Below, one piece after another: positions 35,901 through 45,676 of a stretch of DNA of 64,000 nucleotides. The stretch lies in contig JAYTHY010000112.1 in assembly GCA_043732185.1 (NCBI GenBank), positions 76,376 to 140,375 of the forward strand, given 5' to 3'. Source of the DNA: Fibrobacteria bacterium (GTDB lineage: Bacteria > Fibrobacterota > Fibrobacteria > UBA11236). How positions within the stretch are numbered: position 1 is the stretch's first letter; every line of letters starts with the position of its first letter. Below the pieces are notes generated by a model. That model saw nothing but the letters and a program-made list of their open reading frames with translations, made no database searches and was not told the origin of the DNA. The position numbers and the translations under genes were made by a program.

Positions 35901-38047
35901 CGGCTGCGGATCAAACACTGTTCGTCGACGACGATGATTCAACCGGCTTCATGGGCGAAGCGGGGAAGATGAAACAACTGACCGTGTCCGTAACTACTGG
36001 TGATAAGATTGTCATCAAGAACTTTACGGATACGGTTTTCGGGTCTCCAACGAGCGGCCAGTGGTATTCAGAACTGGATTTGAATGGCTGGAACACGTCC
36101 ACGGCTTCGAGGGTTGTGGATAGCGGGTTTGGAGAGTTCAATGTCTGGAAGGCCGCGGCCATCAATCCCAATCAGGCGATTTCGATTTCCACCAATCAAG
36201 TAGGACAGGACGATGATCAGGGCCGAACCTTGGCGGGTTTAAGACTGGATGGATCCGGAAATTCCATGAATAGTAGTGGCTCCGGGTATCTCGGACCCAC
36301 GCCTGCCATGACTTATACCATTATCGATTCTTCCGCAACCCGCATTTCCTTGTTGATGCAAACGGCATCCCTTTCTTCGTCCGATGGAACGGCCAGTTTG
36401 GCTAAGCGCTGGACCGTATATCCTAATGGAAGGATATTCGGAAGCTTTCAGCTGTCGTCACCCAGTTTCAATATGGATGCGCCCGCACTGGACATAACGG
36501 GGCGGTATAACAGTGCCGTAGACACGACCTGGACGGATACCTATGCAGCAGCGCAGGGTCGGCGAGGACTAAAAGGTGGCAACTTGGGTTTCCATTCCGT
36601 AGTGGGCGGTGTGTTGAGTGTCAAGAATGCTACTTCCACTTATAAAACTGCCGGTGCGACCATTTCAGGCTCTTCACCGTCCAGTGGCAATGCGTCAAAC
36701 CAAGACTTCCACAAGATTCGCCTTTCGATGCTCACTTCGCTATTCACCTCCGCCAACGCGCCAATTACCACTAATTTTGCCGTGGACATTTCCAAAGATT
36801 TTACCGATTCAGCGACTGCCGATAGCTTAATGATTGACCTTCAAACTCCGGCAACGATTACGGGTACAGGTGCCAATCCGTCCGATGCCATGGACTTCGG
36901 TAGTTTAGCGCCACTTAGCACTCCGGACGGCTTTGCCGAAGGCGATGGAGCGTATGTCTATACGGCTGCATCCGGCCTAGCGAAATTCAAGTTTGTGAAT
37001 ACCGTAACCAGTTTCAGCCCCGCATTCCGAATCAAGAGTTGGACTTACGGGACCTTACCGGAGTATGTGATTGTTGACGATCAGACCTTGACGCTCGGGT
37101 ACCATTACAATGCCTATATCAATTCAGCGACCGATGAGCTCATCATGCAGTTCAACCGAAACTATGCACCCGGTACGCATACGTTCTACATCAGCCATAA
37201 ATCCGGTTTGGCCGTGACTTTGCGCACCTTTGAAGCCAAGAATGGCGAGGGCGTGGACACGCTGAAATGGTCTACGGAGAGCGAGTTCGAGAACTTAGGC
37301 TTCAGCGTGTACAGGCGTCTGGCGTCTGCAGAGGAGCAAATTGATACCAGTCTGGCCGGTGGAACCAAGGTGGCCGGAGCAGGCATCGCCAATGCACTCA
37401 TGGATGCTGCCCGTTCGTTGGCCACTGCCAAGACTGCGGCCCGTCTGGCTAAGGCAAAGGCTAAAGCCCAGGCTAAAGCCATGGCTAGTAACAGTGCAGA
37501 TACGGTCGGTTTGAATGCCGCAGAAGACACGCTGCCTAGTTTGGATCTCTCGGCGGAAGAGTTGGCATTGCTTGGTTACGAAAAGCTCAATGCCAAACTC
37601 ATACCCGGTGCTAAGGGGGGAACCTCCTCAACCACGCAGACCTATCAATTTGTAGACCGAGCTGCGGCCTTTGGCGTTGCGTATGAATATGTACTCGAGG
37701 CCGTGGACTTTAGCGGCACCCGGCAGCAATATGGACCTCGCATAGCTAGGCCGTTCAATATTTTGACTACCGAACTGTATGCGAACTATCCCAATCCGTT
37801 CAACCCGATTACCACTTTGCACTTCTCATTAAAGGACAAGGCTAAAATTAGCTTGGTTATTTTCGATGGCAAGGGTAGGGTAGTGCGCACGTTACTCCGT
37901 CCGGATAAAGCCATGTTGCCAGGTAAGTATCGGCTCATTTGGGATGCCAAAAACGAAGGTGGTATGGAAGTGCCGTCGGGGCAATATTTTTATCGCTTCC
38001 TGGCACCCAATTACACCAAAACCCGGAAAATGATCCTCGTCAAATAG
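20954..38047 (+). CDS. Giant (5697 aa) surface/adhesin protein: autotransporter-associated beta-strand repeats, 5x DUF2341-LamG, right-handed beta-helix/choice-of-anchor-Q-like, LamG, FlgD-Ig/T9SS-like CTD
   Basis: Repeated TKxGxGTxTLSGxNTYTG; five NxPxLxRL..DIRF..WVKVP..DExRxS modules; VYVDS..GND and [45 protein letters not shown]...[16 protein letters not shown]. Confidence 0.9.
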   Translation: MDSHCFRAHRSWSGGRASAWAWVGMCFLIGSAFGTTRTWNGGGGNDLWSTSANWGATGVPVAGDDLQFGGSTRLTPSNDIAAATSFNSITFNSGAGAFTLSNNSITLAGSITNSSSNTQTISFAIATTAVRTVDCASGNISLTGVISGTGGGIAKAGSNSLLLSGTNTFTGGVNLNAGRINGENTAAYGTGTVTCANGTSLGGTNGSDYTYANAFALTSGTVTFIAQFSGGIDMGVSGIISGSGAMQVTSDPSGRRFTLSGNNTFSGGVTLGSTNSSARLIVGHNNALGSGTLTVDQTGAGGLEVNGAYTIPNNIVVNSGKTLRLGQNDASAVTLSGIISSSGGVQKYNTGTWTLSGTNTYTGATTISQGTLQAGSTQAFGVNSAVTMANVASTVLNITGFSNSIGSLTGGGGTGGTVVLGAATLTIGGDGTSPSAYAGVISGTGALTKTGSGTITFSGANTYTGATTVSAGNLTITATSYGTVSYAISSGAVLEFNLSSNADYSATTFTGAGTLRKSGSSSIVWNAAAAIFGLSSGGLIDVVAGTFTGSASANETWGSNLSDLTVASGATFTGVEGNIIVDALSGAGTIKSGYPCCSYANFTFGADNGSGTFSGVIADDQTTANFVKTGTGTQTLSGANTYTGTTTIANGTLSVNTILSVSGGASALGAPTSAANGTIALGSTTTTGVLVYTGGTQSTDRVLNLAGTTGGGTVDQSGSGVLTFSSALTATGVGSKTLTLQGSTASGGVISAAIVNGSGTTAVTKAGTGTWTLSGANTFTGAFAFNAGTIIPHNNAAFGASNTVTCAAGGVTITGTDGGDYTYANAFVLNGTVTVTIPFTSGFDCGISGVVSGTGNFLVNSIGSSGGRRFHLHATNTFSGGITLGTGGSEYARLEVYLAASMGTGTLTINQNPGAFLKGLENKAALTATNNIVINSGMRFYVGNSPTGDMVLSGIISGAGNIEKVGANVVTLSGVNTYTGTTTVTAGKLAAGVATQAFGVNSAVTMANVATAILDITGFSNTIGSLTGGGGTGGTVTLGAASLTIGGDNTSPAAYAGVISGTGGVTKSGTGTLILSALNTYTGATAVQNGTLSINTILSVSGGASAVGAPTTAGNGTIALGSTSTTGILVYTGPVQSTDRVLNLSGTTGGGTVDQSGSGTLTFSSNLTATGVGAKTLTLQGSTGSGGVISGLIVDGSGTTGVTKAGTGTWTLSGANTYTLATAIQDGTLSINTLKSVSGGASAIGAPVTAGNGTIALGSTTTTGTLVYTGAVQSTDRVLNLAGTTGGGTVDQSGSGTLTFSSNLTATGAGAKTLTLQGSTGSGGVVSGLIVDGSGTTAVTKTGTGTWTLSGANTYTLATSIQNGTLSINTIKSVSGGASAVGAPVTAGNGTIALGSTTTTGTLVYTGAVQSTDRVLNLAGTTGGGTVDQSGSGTLTFSSNLTATGAGAKTLTLQGSTGSGGVISGLIVDGSGTTAVTKVGTGTWTLSGANTYTLATVIQDGTLSINTIKSVSGGASAVGAPVTAGNGTIALGSTTTTGTLVYTGAVQSTDRVLNLAGTTGGGTVDQSGSGSLTFSSNLTATGAGAKTLTLQGSTGSGGVLSGLIVDGSGTTAVTKVGTGTWTLSGANTYTLATTIQDGSLSINTIKSVSGGASALGAPVTAGNGTIALGSTSTTGTLVYTGAVQSTDRVLNLAGTTGGGTVDQSGSGTLTFSSNLTATGVGAKTLTLQGSTGSGGALSAAIVNGSGTTSVTKAGTGTWTLSGTNTYTGATTVNAGTLAAGSTQAFGVNSAVTMANVASTILNITGYANSIGSITGGGGTGGNVTLGAAILTIGGDNTTPAAYGGVISGTGGITKAGTGTCTLSGTNTYTGATTVNAGSLAAGSTQAFGVSSAVTMANVASAILNITGYSNSIGSLTGGGTTGGNVTLGAATLTIGGNNTSPAAYGGVISGASGSLVKAGSGTLTLLGYQNTFTGTVTVNAGTISTTAPNLGSSGALGSATSITINSGGTISADGDNSFVGDGTSGAKTITINTGGLLTSTSNYTNHLHALVLNGGTLSATTNNTTWGNWNFDYTVSTPGSSSTTSTISGGIGAFSQSGGTIFNIGAGDALNVSMVLSHTTSAPDNGLTKSGTGTMTLSGVNTYTSATTVSAGTLSITGSTASGTAVTVGTGATLMGTGTVSGTVTIQDGGTESPGVASASTLTTGTHVFANTSVLTYTLGTTSDKIVSAGNLFLDGTINVTAGAGFGTGTYPIMTYSGFLTDRTLDVGTMPTGYAGYISASGGTVNLNVTDFTGWTYLSRIQFNTTSTGGNVSGNVTNFPMLVRLDSNNFIFEQAQPDGRDIRFADPDGTALSYDIERWDATLKKAEIWVKVPQVDGNSDRDYINCYWGNSGAISQASSSSVFASGGGFAGVWHLNSAFTDASSNGNNGTNTSSTDSVGIIGRARSFLSGSSQYVEMPYAASLDLGTFSFSAWTKIASLGASRGIISSRFGSDNTFDAQWNTSTLHADIGNGTAWLSTTADYLASPTINTWYYVTYTVTTNTYSIYLNGTLVAGPTAFAGTPEFMKSGETLRIGQTSGTYFAGLIDEPRVENVVRNADWIKLSYETQRSNSTTVIFPNTALSTWSYSNKLYVNTTSSGANTTADVTNYPLLVRLNGGNFNFAQAKTDGSDLRFVDSTGALLSYELERYDATNKVADIWVLIPTVKANDNSQWFKMYWGKSSASSLSSAASVFQSSNGFAAVWHLNEDGSTTSGGYKDATSNANNGTGIALTNSSDVAAVIGTGSNFTGASNQGVTFNTATNLHSNTNLTLEGWVNTTSQATYTRLVNKPFTSAVSPYNEWGIESSGAGNTWNMTATIGGTVRQVTSTTVTANGTWYYVTGTYDGTTLKVYTNGNLEASGTYAGTINDYASNGYLGRWINTAQNLDGKLDEVRVSTATRSADFIKLNYETQKMGSAVVRVGSRPSDYTNSVRFNFNSTSTGANITGTDVTNIPILIRLTSSNFDFSKTTATGTDIQFVDKDGTFLYHEVIDWDKANSVGSAWVKVPQVDKNSTSDYITLYYGCSTCTGSAYAIKDSVWSGYKSVFHMNAPEKQATDATILANHGTYTTTASGTYSTSQASIPGITSPNAVNFDGSGNYITIPNESNYDITTNLAVSAWIKWSAWNIPYQSIATKGDTSWRLARNASTNTLQFACSGTTTSNVASAASVNDAAWHLVTGTYDGANIKIYIDGAQSGTAASTGSISNTSDIAMIGENSQATGRYWNGAISEVRIGNTAGVLSADFIKLSYENQKASSTLFSNTTIATSSFQRSKIFKFNTTASGANITTDLYNYPMLIRLNTSNGGLVDSVRNDSAGDIRFLDGDGVTWLDYQVERWSQSADSAEIWVKVPKVDGNSSGDFITMYYKEVTANSIPVGECASCVFDTANGFTGVWHMKDVASLTDATIRGNTLTNNGTVTGLGVSSQGAKWDNNTDYMTVPVGAATGTTNEITYSVWTLGDATLPVNNSSTIIGTDASGYRVINVHLPLNTGTVYWDAGNSGSNSYDRISKAADSTGMYKTNRSYWTFTKSAITGDMKIYYNGAVWQTGTGYTRTLSTITALTFGQSSSSYLGILDEVRLSRVLRSADWNKLDYMTQRPDASPFWNPSPSDFQKSQRFTFNTTKTGANVMDSVTNYPLLVRFTDVDGGKLSLVQSGAPDIRFLDGDGKTWLNYQIERWSTATTPDSAEIWVSVPKVDGNSDHDYITMYYQQKAAVTIPDRQCGSCVFSSTYGSVGTWHLATNVTDAGGTYNGTDNASSDQAGIIGRGRSFNGSSSYITFGTVAGSASNLTASMWVKAGAIGAMRAFSKMPNNSSGIGWGFLFRNTGEDTAVHFRIGDEITYGAWPDGVMKNKMYHTNQWDYIVGSFDLLTNTGKLYKNGVLQDSDVVTGGRVVSDVGQSLTFGRASYGAAEFFNGDADELRVANVARSADYIKLDYETQRYTGNVFWNSRTSPNNLVALTASASSSSIALSWNTPVSDTSSADSVGLWVGYTTYPDSVRTTAASTFTRVVTLPKTDSTYTYPASYPGTYYFALAVRNSSGLWSPFTKASSDTATIYGDATKTDTVYVDSALGNDANSCTTARSPFTPKLTITSAVACGSTATDTLVVRVMPGTYTNDNSFTVNGAKPTQIVSFDNNSRAVLSGTGSVGENSTTYNYTLAVNSTITLRNLDIKSGNNSNPGIYIRYNATNVTLDGNRIYNGATNSNSSCIRMVSSSTQNILIANNLCYQPTTSGLLIYNGSLQNIVNNVFVGSGGSSEGISYSGNTALTTSTVANNIFYNWSYGIRNTYSSDFGLVSNNLFYMVTTGQEVSGETDAAKILKDPLFFSTNPLNPKGYTLLPGSPGIDAGTASLVGSGYTLTTARDMLGTARPQGTARDIGWYEGNGYNPNSTGDFDTLITSVSGAILTVQNSKWKIKFDGAAGGGINFFSDMTVVADTALNLLTASTVLFDAKVGSFTASSVTNGFAPAFYERTKTRAIVRQRLAVSASLNLNIYYSVYASGHIYVESETENIAAGATALSTIDYTMKLGVSGTVPLTGNYVSARSTEYVKKGFGYLTTGSRDAMLAFIGDSLDAAGSGENWNLTTAAGPPGTVLFATAGAASSARFMKRRHHFLLYIGDRSLDFTRAATVNADVVTPSILTTSSGSLLLERTWGDGLNGHWSFDDGGGTVVRDKSVYIQNNATLSGTGQQWVSGKVGGGLYMTTSGMAVVTSNANAQAFLGGTYMFWIKPDFSGMGDVGYIISKGLTTGSGWYFRKVTGVNQITFNMGAASATTPTLANGVWTHIAAVVKPPGTSSTQIEMYVNGVMVSASSGAAAATATDNATDLHFGESSATDKFQGTLDDIRIFKGEIQASEIRAVYAQGFSSKFGLYVLRADNNNRLVALINGNLAQTRVQPAFQILNWYGVKNPKYVYLNGTRLKANTDFVADFAYETTFGNYLVLQLNKTLTAADQTLFVDDDDSTGFMGEAGKMKQLTVSVTTGDKIVIKNFTDTVFGSPTSGQWYSELDLNGWNTSTASRVVDSGFGEFNVWKAAAINPNQAISISTNQVGQDDDQGRTLAGLRLDGSGNSMNSSGSGYLGPTPAMTYTIIDSSATRISLLMQTASLSSSDGTASLAKRWTVYPNGRIFGSFQLSSPSFNMDAPALDITGRYNSAVDTTWTDTYAAAQGRRGLKGGNLGFHSVVGGVLSVKNATSTYKTAGATISGSSPSSGNASNQDFHKIRLSMLTSLFTSANAPITTNFAVDISKDFTDSATADSLMIDLQTPATITGTGANPSDAMDFGSLAPLSTPDGFAEGDGAYVYTAASGLAKFKFVNTVTSFSPAFRIKSWTYGTLPEYVIVDDQTLTLGYHYNAYINSATDELIMQFNRNYAPGTHTFYISHKSGLAVTLRTFEAKNGEGVDTLKWSTESEFENLGFSVYRRLASAEEQIDTSLAGGTKVAGAGIANALMDAARSLATAKTAARLAKAKAKAQAKAMASNSADTVGLNAAEDTLPSLDLSAEELALLGYEKLNAKLIPGAKGGTSSTTQTYQFVDRAAAFGVAYEYVLEAVDFSGTRQQYGPRIARPFNILTTELYANYPNPFNPITTLHFSLKDKAKISLVIFDGKGRVVRTLLRPDKAMLPGKYRLIWDAKNEGGMEVPSGQYFYRFLAPNYTKTRKMILVK
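24188..26242 (+). repeat. Five tandem 411-bp (137-aa) intragenic repeats, with a sixth isolated copy at 22871-23281
   Basis: The NTY codons recur at 24188, 24599, 25010, 25421, 25832 and 26243, an exact 411-bp period. Confidence 0.95.
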
Positions 38048-38231
38048 GCTGAATTTCACCAATCAGTGGGCACCGAATATTTTAAGGTGCAATTACCGAC
38101 CACCAAAATCCTCTATTGACTCTATATTTCCCAAAGTCAGGATGCCAGTTGGACCCAGCTTTCGGTGTTCAAAATGGAATAGAGACGTTGTGAAACAGAC
38201 GTCCATACAAATCCAAAGGGGAAGGATTCAA

Positions 38232-40016
38232 ATGCACAAGCAAAAAGCCATTGTCCACGCGCCTGTGTTGGCGGTTATTTTGGCGGTTGGTTTTATCGGT
38301 TCCAGTTTGGCAGGAATCATTGATGCTCCACATCCCGATTTCACACAACGGGTAGTTCCCTTCGCAACCAAATACAAGACGATGGGATTGAACTTTCTCA
38401 AAGATGGCCGAATGGTGCTGGCGGTTACGGATTACATTGGGGGTGGAGAAGTGCCCACTACCGCTACTTCCAATACCAAGGTGCTACTAGTTACCGGCTA
38501 TGGCGGTACAGATTCAGCAGGCATTAAAATCGAGGAAATTGCAAACAAATGGTTTCAATTGATCGGCGCTACCGTGGCCAATGATAAGCTGTATGTGTCC
38601 GATCGAGATGGCTTTTATGAAATACCACAGTTGAGTGCTCCAGCGGATTTGACACAGAATCGTAGACTGATTGTTAAGTGGCCCATACCGGGTGCGAGTT
38701 TCGCGTGGAACAACGGTTTTGAATGGCATCAATTCGGCTTTACACCCATCTACTCTAAAGGTTTTTTTTATGCACCCTATTCCGGTAGCATCCGGCCTGG
38801 TGGTATGTCTGACGTGGATGCAACCTCCGCTATGTCAGGTGCTTTTCTCAAGTGGGATTTGACAGGAAAGCTGGAAACCTTTGCCGGGGGGCTGCGTTCT
38901 CCTAATGGTGCCAACGTGGATGAAGCTACCGGAGATATGTTTGTGTGCGATAACCAGGGAAGTTGGTTTCCTTCCTCCACTTTTCAATTGATGAAGCCAG
39001 GTAAATTCTACGGCCATCGCCAGAGCCCACCGCACCCGGCCAATTGGGCCGAGTCTTTGCCAGTTGAATTGCCCACTGCCTGGCTGCCCCACCTGGATGT
39101 ACGCGCGTCTCCATCTCAGCCTGTCGTGATTCCCAAGGGTAAATACGCGGGAGACTGGCTGTTGGGGGATGTCAACAGCCCAGGTTTAATTCGTGTCTCG
39201 CTAGACAAAGTGGGCGATGTGTATAACGGATCCGTGTTCTTTTTTTCCAAGGGAACAGGCCTGGCCGCCATCAACCGACTTGCGTTCGGTCCCGATGGTG
39301 CCCTTTATATCGGCACCCTCTCTACTATCGCTGGCAACTGGCCTGGTGGATCGAATACCGCCATGTATCGCCTAGAGCCAAAGCCGGTTGCGACAACCTT
39401 TGAAATGAAAACGGTGCGCTCGTTGGCCGATGGTCTCGAAATAGAATTTACCCAGCCTTTCGATAAAGCCACCATACTTGCCAGCGCCTTTGCCACTAAA
39501 CAATGGCAGTATATCCGACAGGCAGCTTACGGGTCTGGCAGGCAACCGGATCAAGCGTTGACGGTAACCGGGGTAGAAACCTCGAACGACAATCTTCGCG
39601 TTCACCTTAAAATTGGAGGATTGGTACCGGATCGAGTTATTTACATAAAGCATACCGGCATCAAATCAGCGCAATCCCAGAGTCCATGGAATGATGAATC
39701 CTATTTCACGCTGAACTCCATATCCAGCCGAGCCTGGAATTCCACGGTCGCCACTCGCGATATTGTTTCCAAGGTAAGCCGACCTGCAGGCAGTGTCTCT
39801 TGTAACATGGATGTACGCGGCTCCCTCTCGATTACAGTAGCCGCCCCCGGGGAATGGAATGCCGTTTTAGTTACGGCACAAGGTCAAATCCTGGCCACTC
39901 AAAACGGAAATGGGTATTCGAAATTTCAACTGACTACCGGAAACCGTGTGGGTTTACACCTCCTTAGAGTGCAATTAAAGGAAGGTGCAGTTATCCGCCG
40001 CGTGATGTTATTTTGA
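38232..40016 (+). CDS. Secreted beta-propeller protein (sorbosone-dehydrogenase-like) with Ig-like domain and CTD-like tail
   Basis: GGLRSPNG, DNQGSWFPSS, GKFYGH and INRLAFGPDGALYIG. Signal peptide follows Met31 of the ORF, with AAGGA upstream. Confidence 0.78.
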   Translation: MHKQKAIVHAPVLAVILAVGFIGSSLAGIIDAPHPDFTQRVVPFATKYKTMGLNFLKDGRMVLAVTDYIGGGEVPTTATSNTKVLLVTGYGGTDSAGIKIEEIANKWFQLIGATVANDKLYVSDRDGFYEIPQLSAPADLTQNRRLIVKWPIPGASFAWNNGFEWHQFGFTPIYSKGFFYAPYSGSIRPGGMSDVDATSAMSGAFLKWDLTGKLETFAGGLRSPNGANVDEATGDMFVCDNQGSWFPSSTFQLMKPGKFYGHRQSPPHPANWAESLPVELPTAWLPHLDVRASPSQPVVIPKGKYAGDWLLGDVNSPGLIRVSLDKVGDVYNGSVFFFSKGTGLAAINRLAFGPDGALYIGTLSTIAGNWPGGSNTAMYRLEPKPVATTFEMKTVRSLADGLEIEFTQPFDKATILASAFATKQWQYIRQAAYGSGRQPDQALTVTGVETSNDNLRVHLKIGGLVPDRVIYIKHTGIKSAQSQSPWNDESYFTLNSISSRAWNSTVATRDIVSKVSRPAGSVSCNMDVRGSLSITVAAPGEWNAVLVTAQGQILATQNGNGYSKFQLTTGNRVGLHLLRVQLKEGAVIRRVMLF

Positions 40017-40026
40017 AGAGTAGTAG

Positions 40027-41292
40027 TTAGGGTTTAGCCTCAGCTGGGATTGGGCCAAAGGAATTGCCTTTGGCATCATATACATTCCCTGCCATTGGAA
40101 ATAGAAAAACCGAACCCATCGATTTTCTAAGTGGCCAAGAGCTTGCAGGAGGATTCGTCATCCATCTTGGGCGGCCGCCAAATATGGCTGAATTGGATCC
40201 AAAACTTACCATAGTCTCTCCTACCTTTTGATTCTCGTAATTGGCCTTGATCCAATCGGCACTGCGGCTGACATTGGAAAGCCTCACTTCGTCCAGTGAG
40301 CCACTGTAATAACGCGATATGGCATTGCCAATGAATTCCGCGCCGATGCGCCAGGCTGCGGGTGAGTTTTGGGCACTATTCGTATCCGGACCTGTCGTGG
40401 CCACCTTCACGCCATTGCGATACAAGTCCCAGTTCAATCCAGTCCAAGTGCCGGTTAATTGAATCCAGACCAGGCTGTCGCTTACCGGAATCACCATTTT
40501 AGCATGATGCTCGGTCCCGTTCCAAATACCCGTTCGATAGTCTCGCGTTTCACCAATCCTGAGTACGGTTTCCGAAGGATAACCCACGCTACCGCCATGA
40601 CAGAGGATGATGCGATGGTTGTCACGCCGATTCCAACGCACCCAGGCTTCAAAAGTGATCTTGCCCGTGAATTTGAGATTGGCTTTAGCGCCGAGGTAGA
40701 TGTAGCTTCCGGTTGTAGCATAGGATTCCGGATTATTGAAAAGCCTGGCTTGACCAATGCGTCCATCGGGAACCAAAACAGTGCCGGAATCTATTCCGTG
40801 ATTGAGATTCGCTGTTGCATCCAAAACGGTTGCGCCGAGATGCCAAACGCCTTTAAAACCATCGGTAATTCTAAAAACGGCAGTACCATCTGAGCTGTCC
40901 GGAGCATTGGATTTACCCCAATACATGCGGATATTCTGTGCGGCCATTTTCCCATACAGTGTGTCCACTCTCACCCATACCGTGGCTTTTTGACCCACGG
41001 CATCCCAGTCATCCACTTGATAGGGGAGATGGGTACCATCCTCTTTGGCGAAGCGTAAATCTGCACCCATCGCCGCCGCGCCCAAAAAGACATCCGCCTG
41101 TGCGGAGGTGAGGGAGACCAGGACTGGGAAGCCTATTTGATCCGTTGTGATGTTGGCGCCGGATGACGAAGTGTTTAGCGTGATGGCGCGGCTAAAAGTC
41201 CACTGCGAATAATTCTCCTGGGCAATAACAGTACAGGCAGGAAGCAGGGCCAACGATAAGGCGGTCAGCACATGTTCAATGCGAAGGTTCAT
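40027..41292 (-). CDS. Secreted DUF2341 + LamG protein
   Basis: [50 protein letters not shown] overlap at 41289-41292. Confidence 0.82.
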   Translation of the reverse strand: MNLRIEHVLTALSLALLPACTVIAQENYSQWTFSRAITLNTSSSGANITTDQIGFPVLVSLTSAQADVFLGAAAMGADLRFAKEDGTHLPYQVDDWDAVGQKATVWVRVDTLYGKMAAQNIRMYWGKSNAPDSSDGTAVFRITDGFKGVWHLGATVLDATANLNHGIDSGTVLVPDGRIGQARLFNNPESYATTGSYIYLGAKANLKFTGKITFEAWVRWNRRDNHRIILCHGGSVGYPSETVLRIGETRDYRTGIWNGTEHHAKMVIPVSDSLVWIQLTGTWTGLNWDLYRNGVKVATTGPDTNSAQNSPAAWRIGAEFIGNAISRYYSGSLDEVRLSNVSRSADWIKANYENQKVGETMVSFGSNSAIFGGRPRWMTNPPASSWPLRKSMGSVFLFPMAGNVYDAKGNSFGPIPAEAKP

Positions 41293-41642
41293 AGACACGT
41301 CACTAATTGGGTAAGATTGCCGTAAAGGGTTTTAACCTGAAGGCCATAAACACCTTTTTCAAAATGCAGTGGATTGCTGAGGCTTGCTAGTCGGTAGTTC
41401 ATACTCCCTATTCCTTTTCTATAAATGCAAAGTTGACCGGCCATATCGTACAGATTCAATTTGTGGCGACCCGGCTCCTGAATTGAACGTGTTTTTTCAT
41501 TCCAAGCGGCAAAGAACGTGTTATCCACTCTTTGGGTTTTGGCAAACGTAACATTAACCGAGTCTAATGTGGAAAAATATTCCGGGTTGCTTTGAAATCT
41601 CATCTGAAACCCACTCCCTGTTGGTATAAACGCCGTATCATC
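41289..41642 (-). pseudogene. Internally deleted remnant of a paralogue of the upstream sugar-dehydrogenase gene
   Basis: YFSTLDSVNVTFAKTQRVDNTFFAAW matches YFSTLDTVNVSVLKTERVDQTLFSAW of 41683-43422, then jumps straight to a homologous CTD. No signal peptide; the 5' boundary is uncertain. Confidence 0.7.
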
Positions 41643-41682
41643 TTGATGAATAACCGTTTCCTTTCGGTAAACAGTTCGGCGC

Positions 41683-43422
41683 TCAGAGGCGGGAAATTCT
41701 TTGGATAAATCGACCATTCAACGTCCGTACTTCTAGCATATAAACGCCCGGATCCAAATGTTTTTGGCCTACGAGTTCGCTTAGGGAATATTCCCTGGCT
41801 GCTTGACCTTCCATGTAGGCCAGGCGTGTGCCGGATAAACTGAATAGACTCACGGCATGCTTTCCAGGCCCGTGAACGGATAGTAGGTCCCCGCTCAAAC
41901 TGAAATTCGGTTTTCGATTGTGAGGCCCTGGTGGTCGAGCTTTCGTAATAGGGACATGGCAATCACCGACGTAGTCCATCCTAAAAACGCCAGGATTGAT
42001 GGTGCTATAGAAGCCGTCGTAGTTGAGCACGTAAAGTGAACCATCCGGCCCATACTTGGCTTGCAAGGGGCCGCGAAGTTTCCAAGCCGAAAATAAAGTT
42101 TGGTCAACGCGCTCGGTTTTCAGAACTGAAACATTGACCGTGTCCAAGGTCGAAAAATACTGCATGCCGCTCGTGAAACCCATTTGAAACCAAGTTTGAT
42201 GCAGATGGGGTGGAAATTTGGTTTTGGAATCCAGGGTTGGATCAAATACATAAATAGGTCCGGTTATGGATACATTGACAAGGTTATTGAGTGTGCCAGG
42301 CATGGCGGGCGGAAGGTCCACGACCCCGCTGTGCAAGGGGTTATTGTTTTTGGGTGTGGCGGCCGATTTTGGCATATCAACGCACGTCGGCACGTTGTTC
42401 GCGTGGAAATAGGGGTAGCCGGAAAAAACTGGATGGGTCACCAAATTGAACTCATCAAAAGTGATAGCAAAATTAACCACGGACCAGGTTAGCCAACGTT
42501 TGGTAGGGTGCACGGAAATGGAAAAGTTACTTCGATCTCCTTTGGAGTACACTTCCGGTAATACTTTTAATGTGTCACGGTATTCAGCGGCTAGAGCCGT
42601 TTTGCCCTGCGTTTCCCATTGCTTAGCCCAATAGTCGCCAAAATTACCCTCCGGAACACTGTATCCTTTATTCGATGAGTCCGGATGGATTCGGAATATT
42701 CCGCCTCGCAGGCTGGCAGTATTGGATGGCCCCCATTCCGCGCTTTGTGTGCTGTCTGTGGTGGACAATACATTGCAACTGGCTGGGTCCAGTTCCCAGC
42801 TATTGCTGCCTACAGTAACCCACAGGTCACCGTAGGCGTCGAAGGTCATGGGGCCTCCGGAATGGTAGGCATCTGATTTAGAACCGAGGATTTCAATGAT
42901 GGTTTTCTCTGAAGCCATGTTCAGGTGGTTGTCGCCGTCCACGGTAAACCGCGACAGTCGCAAAATACGGTTTTGACCAATTAGTTTATTCGGACAATAC
43001 CAGAGAAACATCCAATGATTGGTATCAAAATCCGGATGCAACGCCAAACCCATCAGGCCGTTATCAATTTTACCAAGGACGTTTAAACTTGCAGCTACGG
43101 AGATTTGCCGAGTCGCGCCATCAAAATGTTTTACCTTACCAAATCTTTCTACAAAAAATATATCGATATGATCAATCGCTCCAGCCTTACGGACGGCGTG
43201 AAAATCCATTTGTATGGGTTCTTGTAAATTCGCATCGAAGGCGTTGACTCCATTAGCGGCGGTTTTATTGAAAAGCTCCGTCATCTGAAAATCTTTGGCC
43301 TGTAAATCGGAACAACCCGGATAGCTGGGAAGGGCATTGGCTGGACCTTGGGATAGCGCAGCCATTATGGTCATACCCGAAATAATTTTGGGCCATTTAT
43401 GACGCATTGCGCATTTATGCAT
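41683..43422 (-). CDS. PQQ-dependent sugar (glucose/sorbosone) dehydrogenase family beta-propeller with CTD
   Basis: GLMGLALHPDF, RLSRF, HSGGPMTFD..GDLWVTVG, LRGGIFRIHP and YGPDGSLYVLNY; C-terminal FSLSG...PGVYMLEV. Confidence 0.82.
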   Translation of the reverse strand: MHKCAMRHKWPKIISGMTIMAALSQGPANALPSYPGCSDLQAKDFQMTELFNKTAANGVNAFDANLQEPIQMDFHAVRKAGAIDHIDIFFVERFGKVKHFDGATRQISVAASLNVLGKIDNGLMGLALHPDFDTNHWMFLWYCPNKLIGQNRILRLSRFTVDGDNHLNMASEKTIIEILGSKSDAYHSGGPMTFDAYGDLWVTVGSNSWELDPASCNVLSTTDSTQSAEWGPSNTASLRGGIFRIHPDSSNKGYSVPEGNFGDYWAKQWETQGKTALAAEYRDTLKVLPEVYSKGDRSNFSISVHPTKRWLTWSVVNFAITFDEFNLVTHPVFSGYPYFHANNVPTCVDMPKSAATPKNNNPLHSGVVDLPPAMPGTLNNLVNVSITGPIYVFDPTLDSKTKFPPHLHQTWFQMGFTSGMQYFSTLDTVNVSVLKTERVDQTLFSAWKLRGPLQAKYGPDGSLYVLNYDGFYSTINPGVFRMDYVGDCHVPITKARPPGPHNRKPNFSLSGDLLSVHGPGKHAVSLFSLSGTRLAYMEGQAAREYSLSELVGQKHLDPGVYMLEVRTLNGRFIQRISRL

Positions 43423-43557
43423 TTTAATTCTTCGTTTCCATCGCTAACTCATGTACCAATGCAGCAAATAGCCGTTTTCCTGCTAATAAAATAGGCTAAA
43501 AGGTATTTATCTACCACGAATTCCTTCTGTTTTGCCTACCTTAAAGAAAAGGTGCGA

Positions 43558-44670
43558 ATGCAATCAAAACATAATGCCATTTTTGCTTTAGCTTATGGGC
43601 TTTTTGTGGGCCTTGGTATCGGCCAAGCCACCACTAAACCAATGATTTTTTGGCTCGATAATATGGGCTCGGTCTACGCTTCAAATTCGGATGGTTCGAA
43701 CAGGAAAATCCTGGCGAGCGGAAACGCCCAAGGTTTGATTGGGTGCGATGGCATTGCAGTGGATACCGCAGCGGGAAAAGTCTATTGGAGCAATATGGGA
43801 GTGGGGGCCACAGGGAGTATTCAGCGTGCCAATCTTGACGGTTCCCAACTCGAGTATGTGGTCAAACCCGGAGAGACGCATACACCAAAACAGATCAAAT
43901 TGGATCGGGTCAACCGTAAAATCTATTGGTGTGACCGCGATGGTTTCAAGATTCAGAGAAGTAACTTGGATGGTACAGCCAATGAAATCCTGGTTGCTGG
44001 TTTGCAAAATCCCGTTGGCATGGAACTGGATATCGCCAAAGGTTTTTTCTATTGGAGCGATAAAAATGCCGGCACCATCATGCGTGCGCATTTCGTCATG
44101 CCGCCGGGCCAATCGGCCTCTAACCGGCGTGACTTGGATACATTGATAAAAGGGTTGCCCATGCCCATCGATTTGGCTTTGGACATACCCAGCGGGCAGA
44201 TTTATTGGACGGATCGGCAAGCCGGCACGGTGCAGCGTGCTTACATAGAGATTCCGGCCGGTCAATCGTCTGGAAATCGCACGGATATTAAAATCTTGAT
44301 TAGTCATCTCGCAACCCCAATTGGAATTTCCTTGGATCGCGATGGAGGAAAAATTTATTATACCGAACTAGACGGCGGTGTTGGACGGTCCAACTTGGAT
44401 GGTACCAATTTACAACCGCTATGCCCAAGACTGGGAACATCCCTATTCTGTGGAATCGACTTTGTCCAGGTAACTGTAATTGGAACAGGTATTCGGGTCT
44501 CTTCGCAGGAATGGATGGATCCAAGGGCTATCAGGAACGCAGGGATGGGCCCAGTGGCGGAGTGGGAATCCAATCTTAAACTGAATCCAGTAGATGCTGT
44601 GGGTAGAAAAAATCTGCGCACCTTCCACGGGAGTTCTACTTTACAATTCATGAATCCTGTTTCCAAATAA
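43558..44670 (+). CDS. Secreted YWTD (LDL-receptor class B) beta-propeller protein
   Basis: Repeats VYWSN, IYWCD, FYWSD, IYWTD and IYYTE, with RANLDG/RSNLDG motifs. Confidence 0.82.
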   Translation: MQSKHNAIFALAYGLFVGLGIGQATTKPMIFWLDNMGSVYASNSDGSNRKILASGNAQGLIGCDGIAVDTAAGKVYWSNMGVGATGSIQRANLDGSQLEYVVKPGETHTPKQIKLDRVNRKIYWCDRDGFKIQRSNLDGTANEILVAGLQNPVGMELDIAKGFFYWSDKNAGTIMRAHFVMPPGQSASNRRDLDTLIKGLPMPIDLALDIPSGQIYWTDRQAGTVQRAYIEIPAGQSSGNRTDIKILISHLATPIGISLDRDGGKIYYTELDGGVGRSNLDGTNLQPLCPRLGTSLFCGIDFVQVTVIGTGIRVSSQEWMDPRAIRNAGMGPVAEWESNLKLNPVDAVGRKNLRTFHGSSTLQFMNPVSK

Positions 44671-44685
44671 TGGAGTTAATGATAC

Positions 44686-45621
44686 ATGTCCAAATACATG
44701 ATATGTGCGTCACTATTGCTTTCGGGGCTTTGTATGGCTCAAACCAATAAATTCCTTATCCGGACGTTTACCGGATCCAGCGGCTTGGTTTTGCCTTATC
44801 GGCTATTTGTTCCCGCGAGTACTGCTCCCGTTCAGCCGCGGCCTTTGGTTTTAGCCTTGCATGGCTATGGTGAGAGAGGGACGGATAATACCTTGCAGCT
44901 GACAGCCAATCAATTGGCCATGGTGTGGGCTATTGACAGCAACCAGGCAAAGTACCCGAGTTTTGTCGTTGCGCCGCAATGCCCGGCTGGAAGCGGTTCG
45001 TGGGTGTACACCAATTTTCAGGCACCGGGTTATGATTTGAGCAAAACTCCCGAGTCCAAAGAATTGAAAACAGTGATGGAATTGCTGGATTCCTTGGGTC
45101 GAGAATTCAAACTGGATCCGGATCGGATGTACCTAACTGGTCTATCCATGGGTGGCTTCGGAACGTGGGATCTGCTGATGCGCCATCCCAATCGATTCGC
45201 CGCAGCAGTCCCCATTTGCGGAGCAGCCGATACGTCCAAGGCTGGATTGCTTAAATCCTTGCCCATTTGGGATTTTCATGGGGGCGCAGATCCGGTGGTT
45301 CCCGTGGCTGGCTCGCGGCTAATGATCGCGGCCCTTAAAAAAGCGGGAGGCAATCCCAAGTATACTGAGTATCCAGGCGTAGGGCATGATTCTTGGGTGC
45401 CGGCCTTAAAGGAACCAGAATTGTTACCCTGGCTGTTTGCCCAGAAAAGGTCAAGCGCAACCGGTTTGCAACGCAATGAATTCGGGATGCAGAAAAACGA
45501 ATCGCCTACGACGAATAATTTCGGATTGGTAATTCCAGGAATGGATCCTTCGGCCGAATATCGACTGGATGGCAGGCAAATCGTCACTCCTGATAAAATT
45601 GTGGATCACGAGCCTAAATAG
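44686..45621 (+). CDS. Secreted alpha/beta-hydrolase (predicted esterase/peptidase)
   Basis: LPYRLF, LHGYGERG, APQCP, GLSMGGFG, FHGGADPVV and GHDSW. Confidence 0.85.
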   Translation: MSKYMICASLLLSGLCMAQTNKFLIRTFTGSSGLVLPYRLFVPASTAPVQPRPLVLALHGYGERGTDNTLQLTANQLAMVWAIDSNQAKYPSFVVAPQCPAGSGSWVYTNFQAPGYDLSKTPESKELKTVMELLDSLGREFKLDPDRMYLTGLSMGGFGTWDLLMRHPNRFAAAVPICGAADTSKAGLLKSLPIWDFHGGADPVVPVAGSRLMIAALKKAGGNPKYTEYPGVGHDSWVPALKEPELLPWLFAQKRSSATGLQRNEFGMQKNESPTTNNFGLVIPGMDPSAEYRLDGRQIVTPDKIVDHEPK

Positions 45622-45653
45622 TGATTTTATTTCTCGCTTAAATCGATTACTTT

Positions 45654-45676
45654 TCCCGAAAAACATTTTTTCGGGA
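45654..45676. promoter_or_regulatory. Perfect 10-bp inverted repeat overlapping the lipase RBS
   Basis: TCCCGAAAAA-CAT-TTTTTCGGGA; GGGAG at 45673-45677 precedes ATG 45685. Confidence 0.5.

Noticed and set aside
21307..37822. Many short antisense ORFs rich in V/P/A within the giant gene
   Set aside because: They are shadows of Gly/Thr-rich repeat codons, with no RBS or protein motifs.
20954..38047. Classical type Va autotransporter call
   Set aside because: There is no C-terminal beta-barrel or terminal aromatic residue; the protein ends in an FlgD-Ig/T9SS-like domain.
41501..42160. Similar 80-bp segments as a DGR template/variable repeat pair
   Set aside because: Mismatches involve all bases and are often synonymous rather than adenine-specific, and there is no reverse transcriptase in the window.
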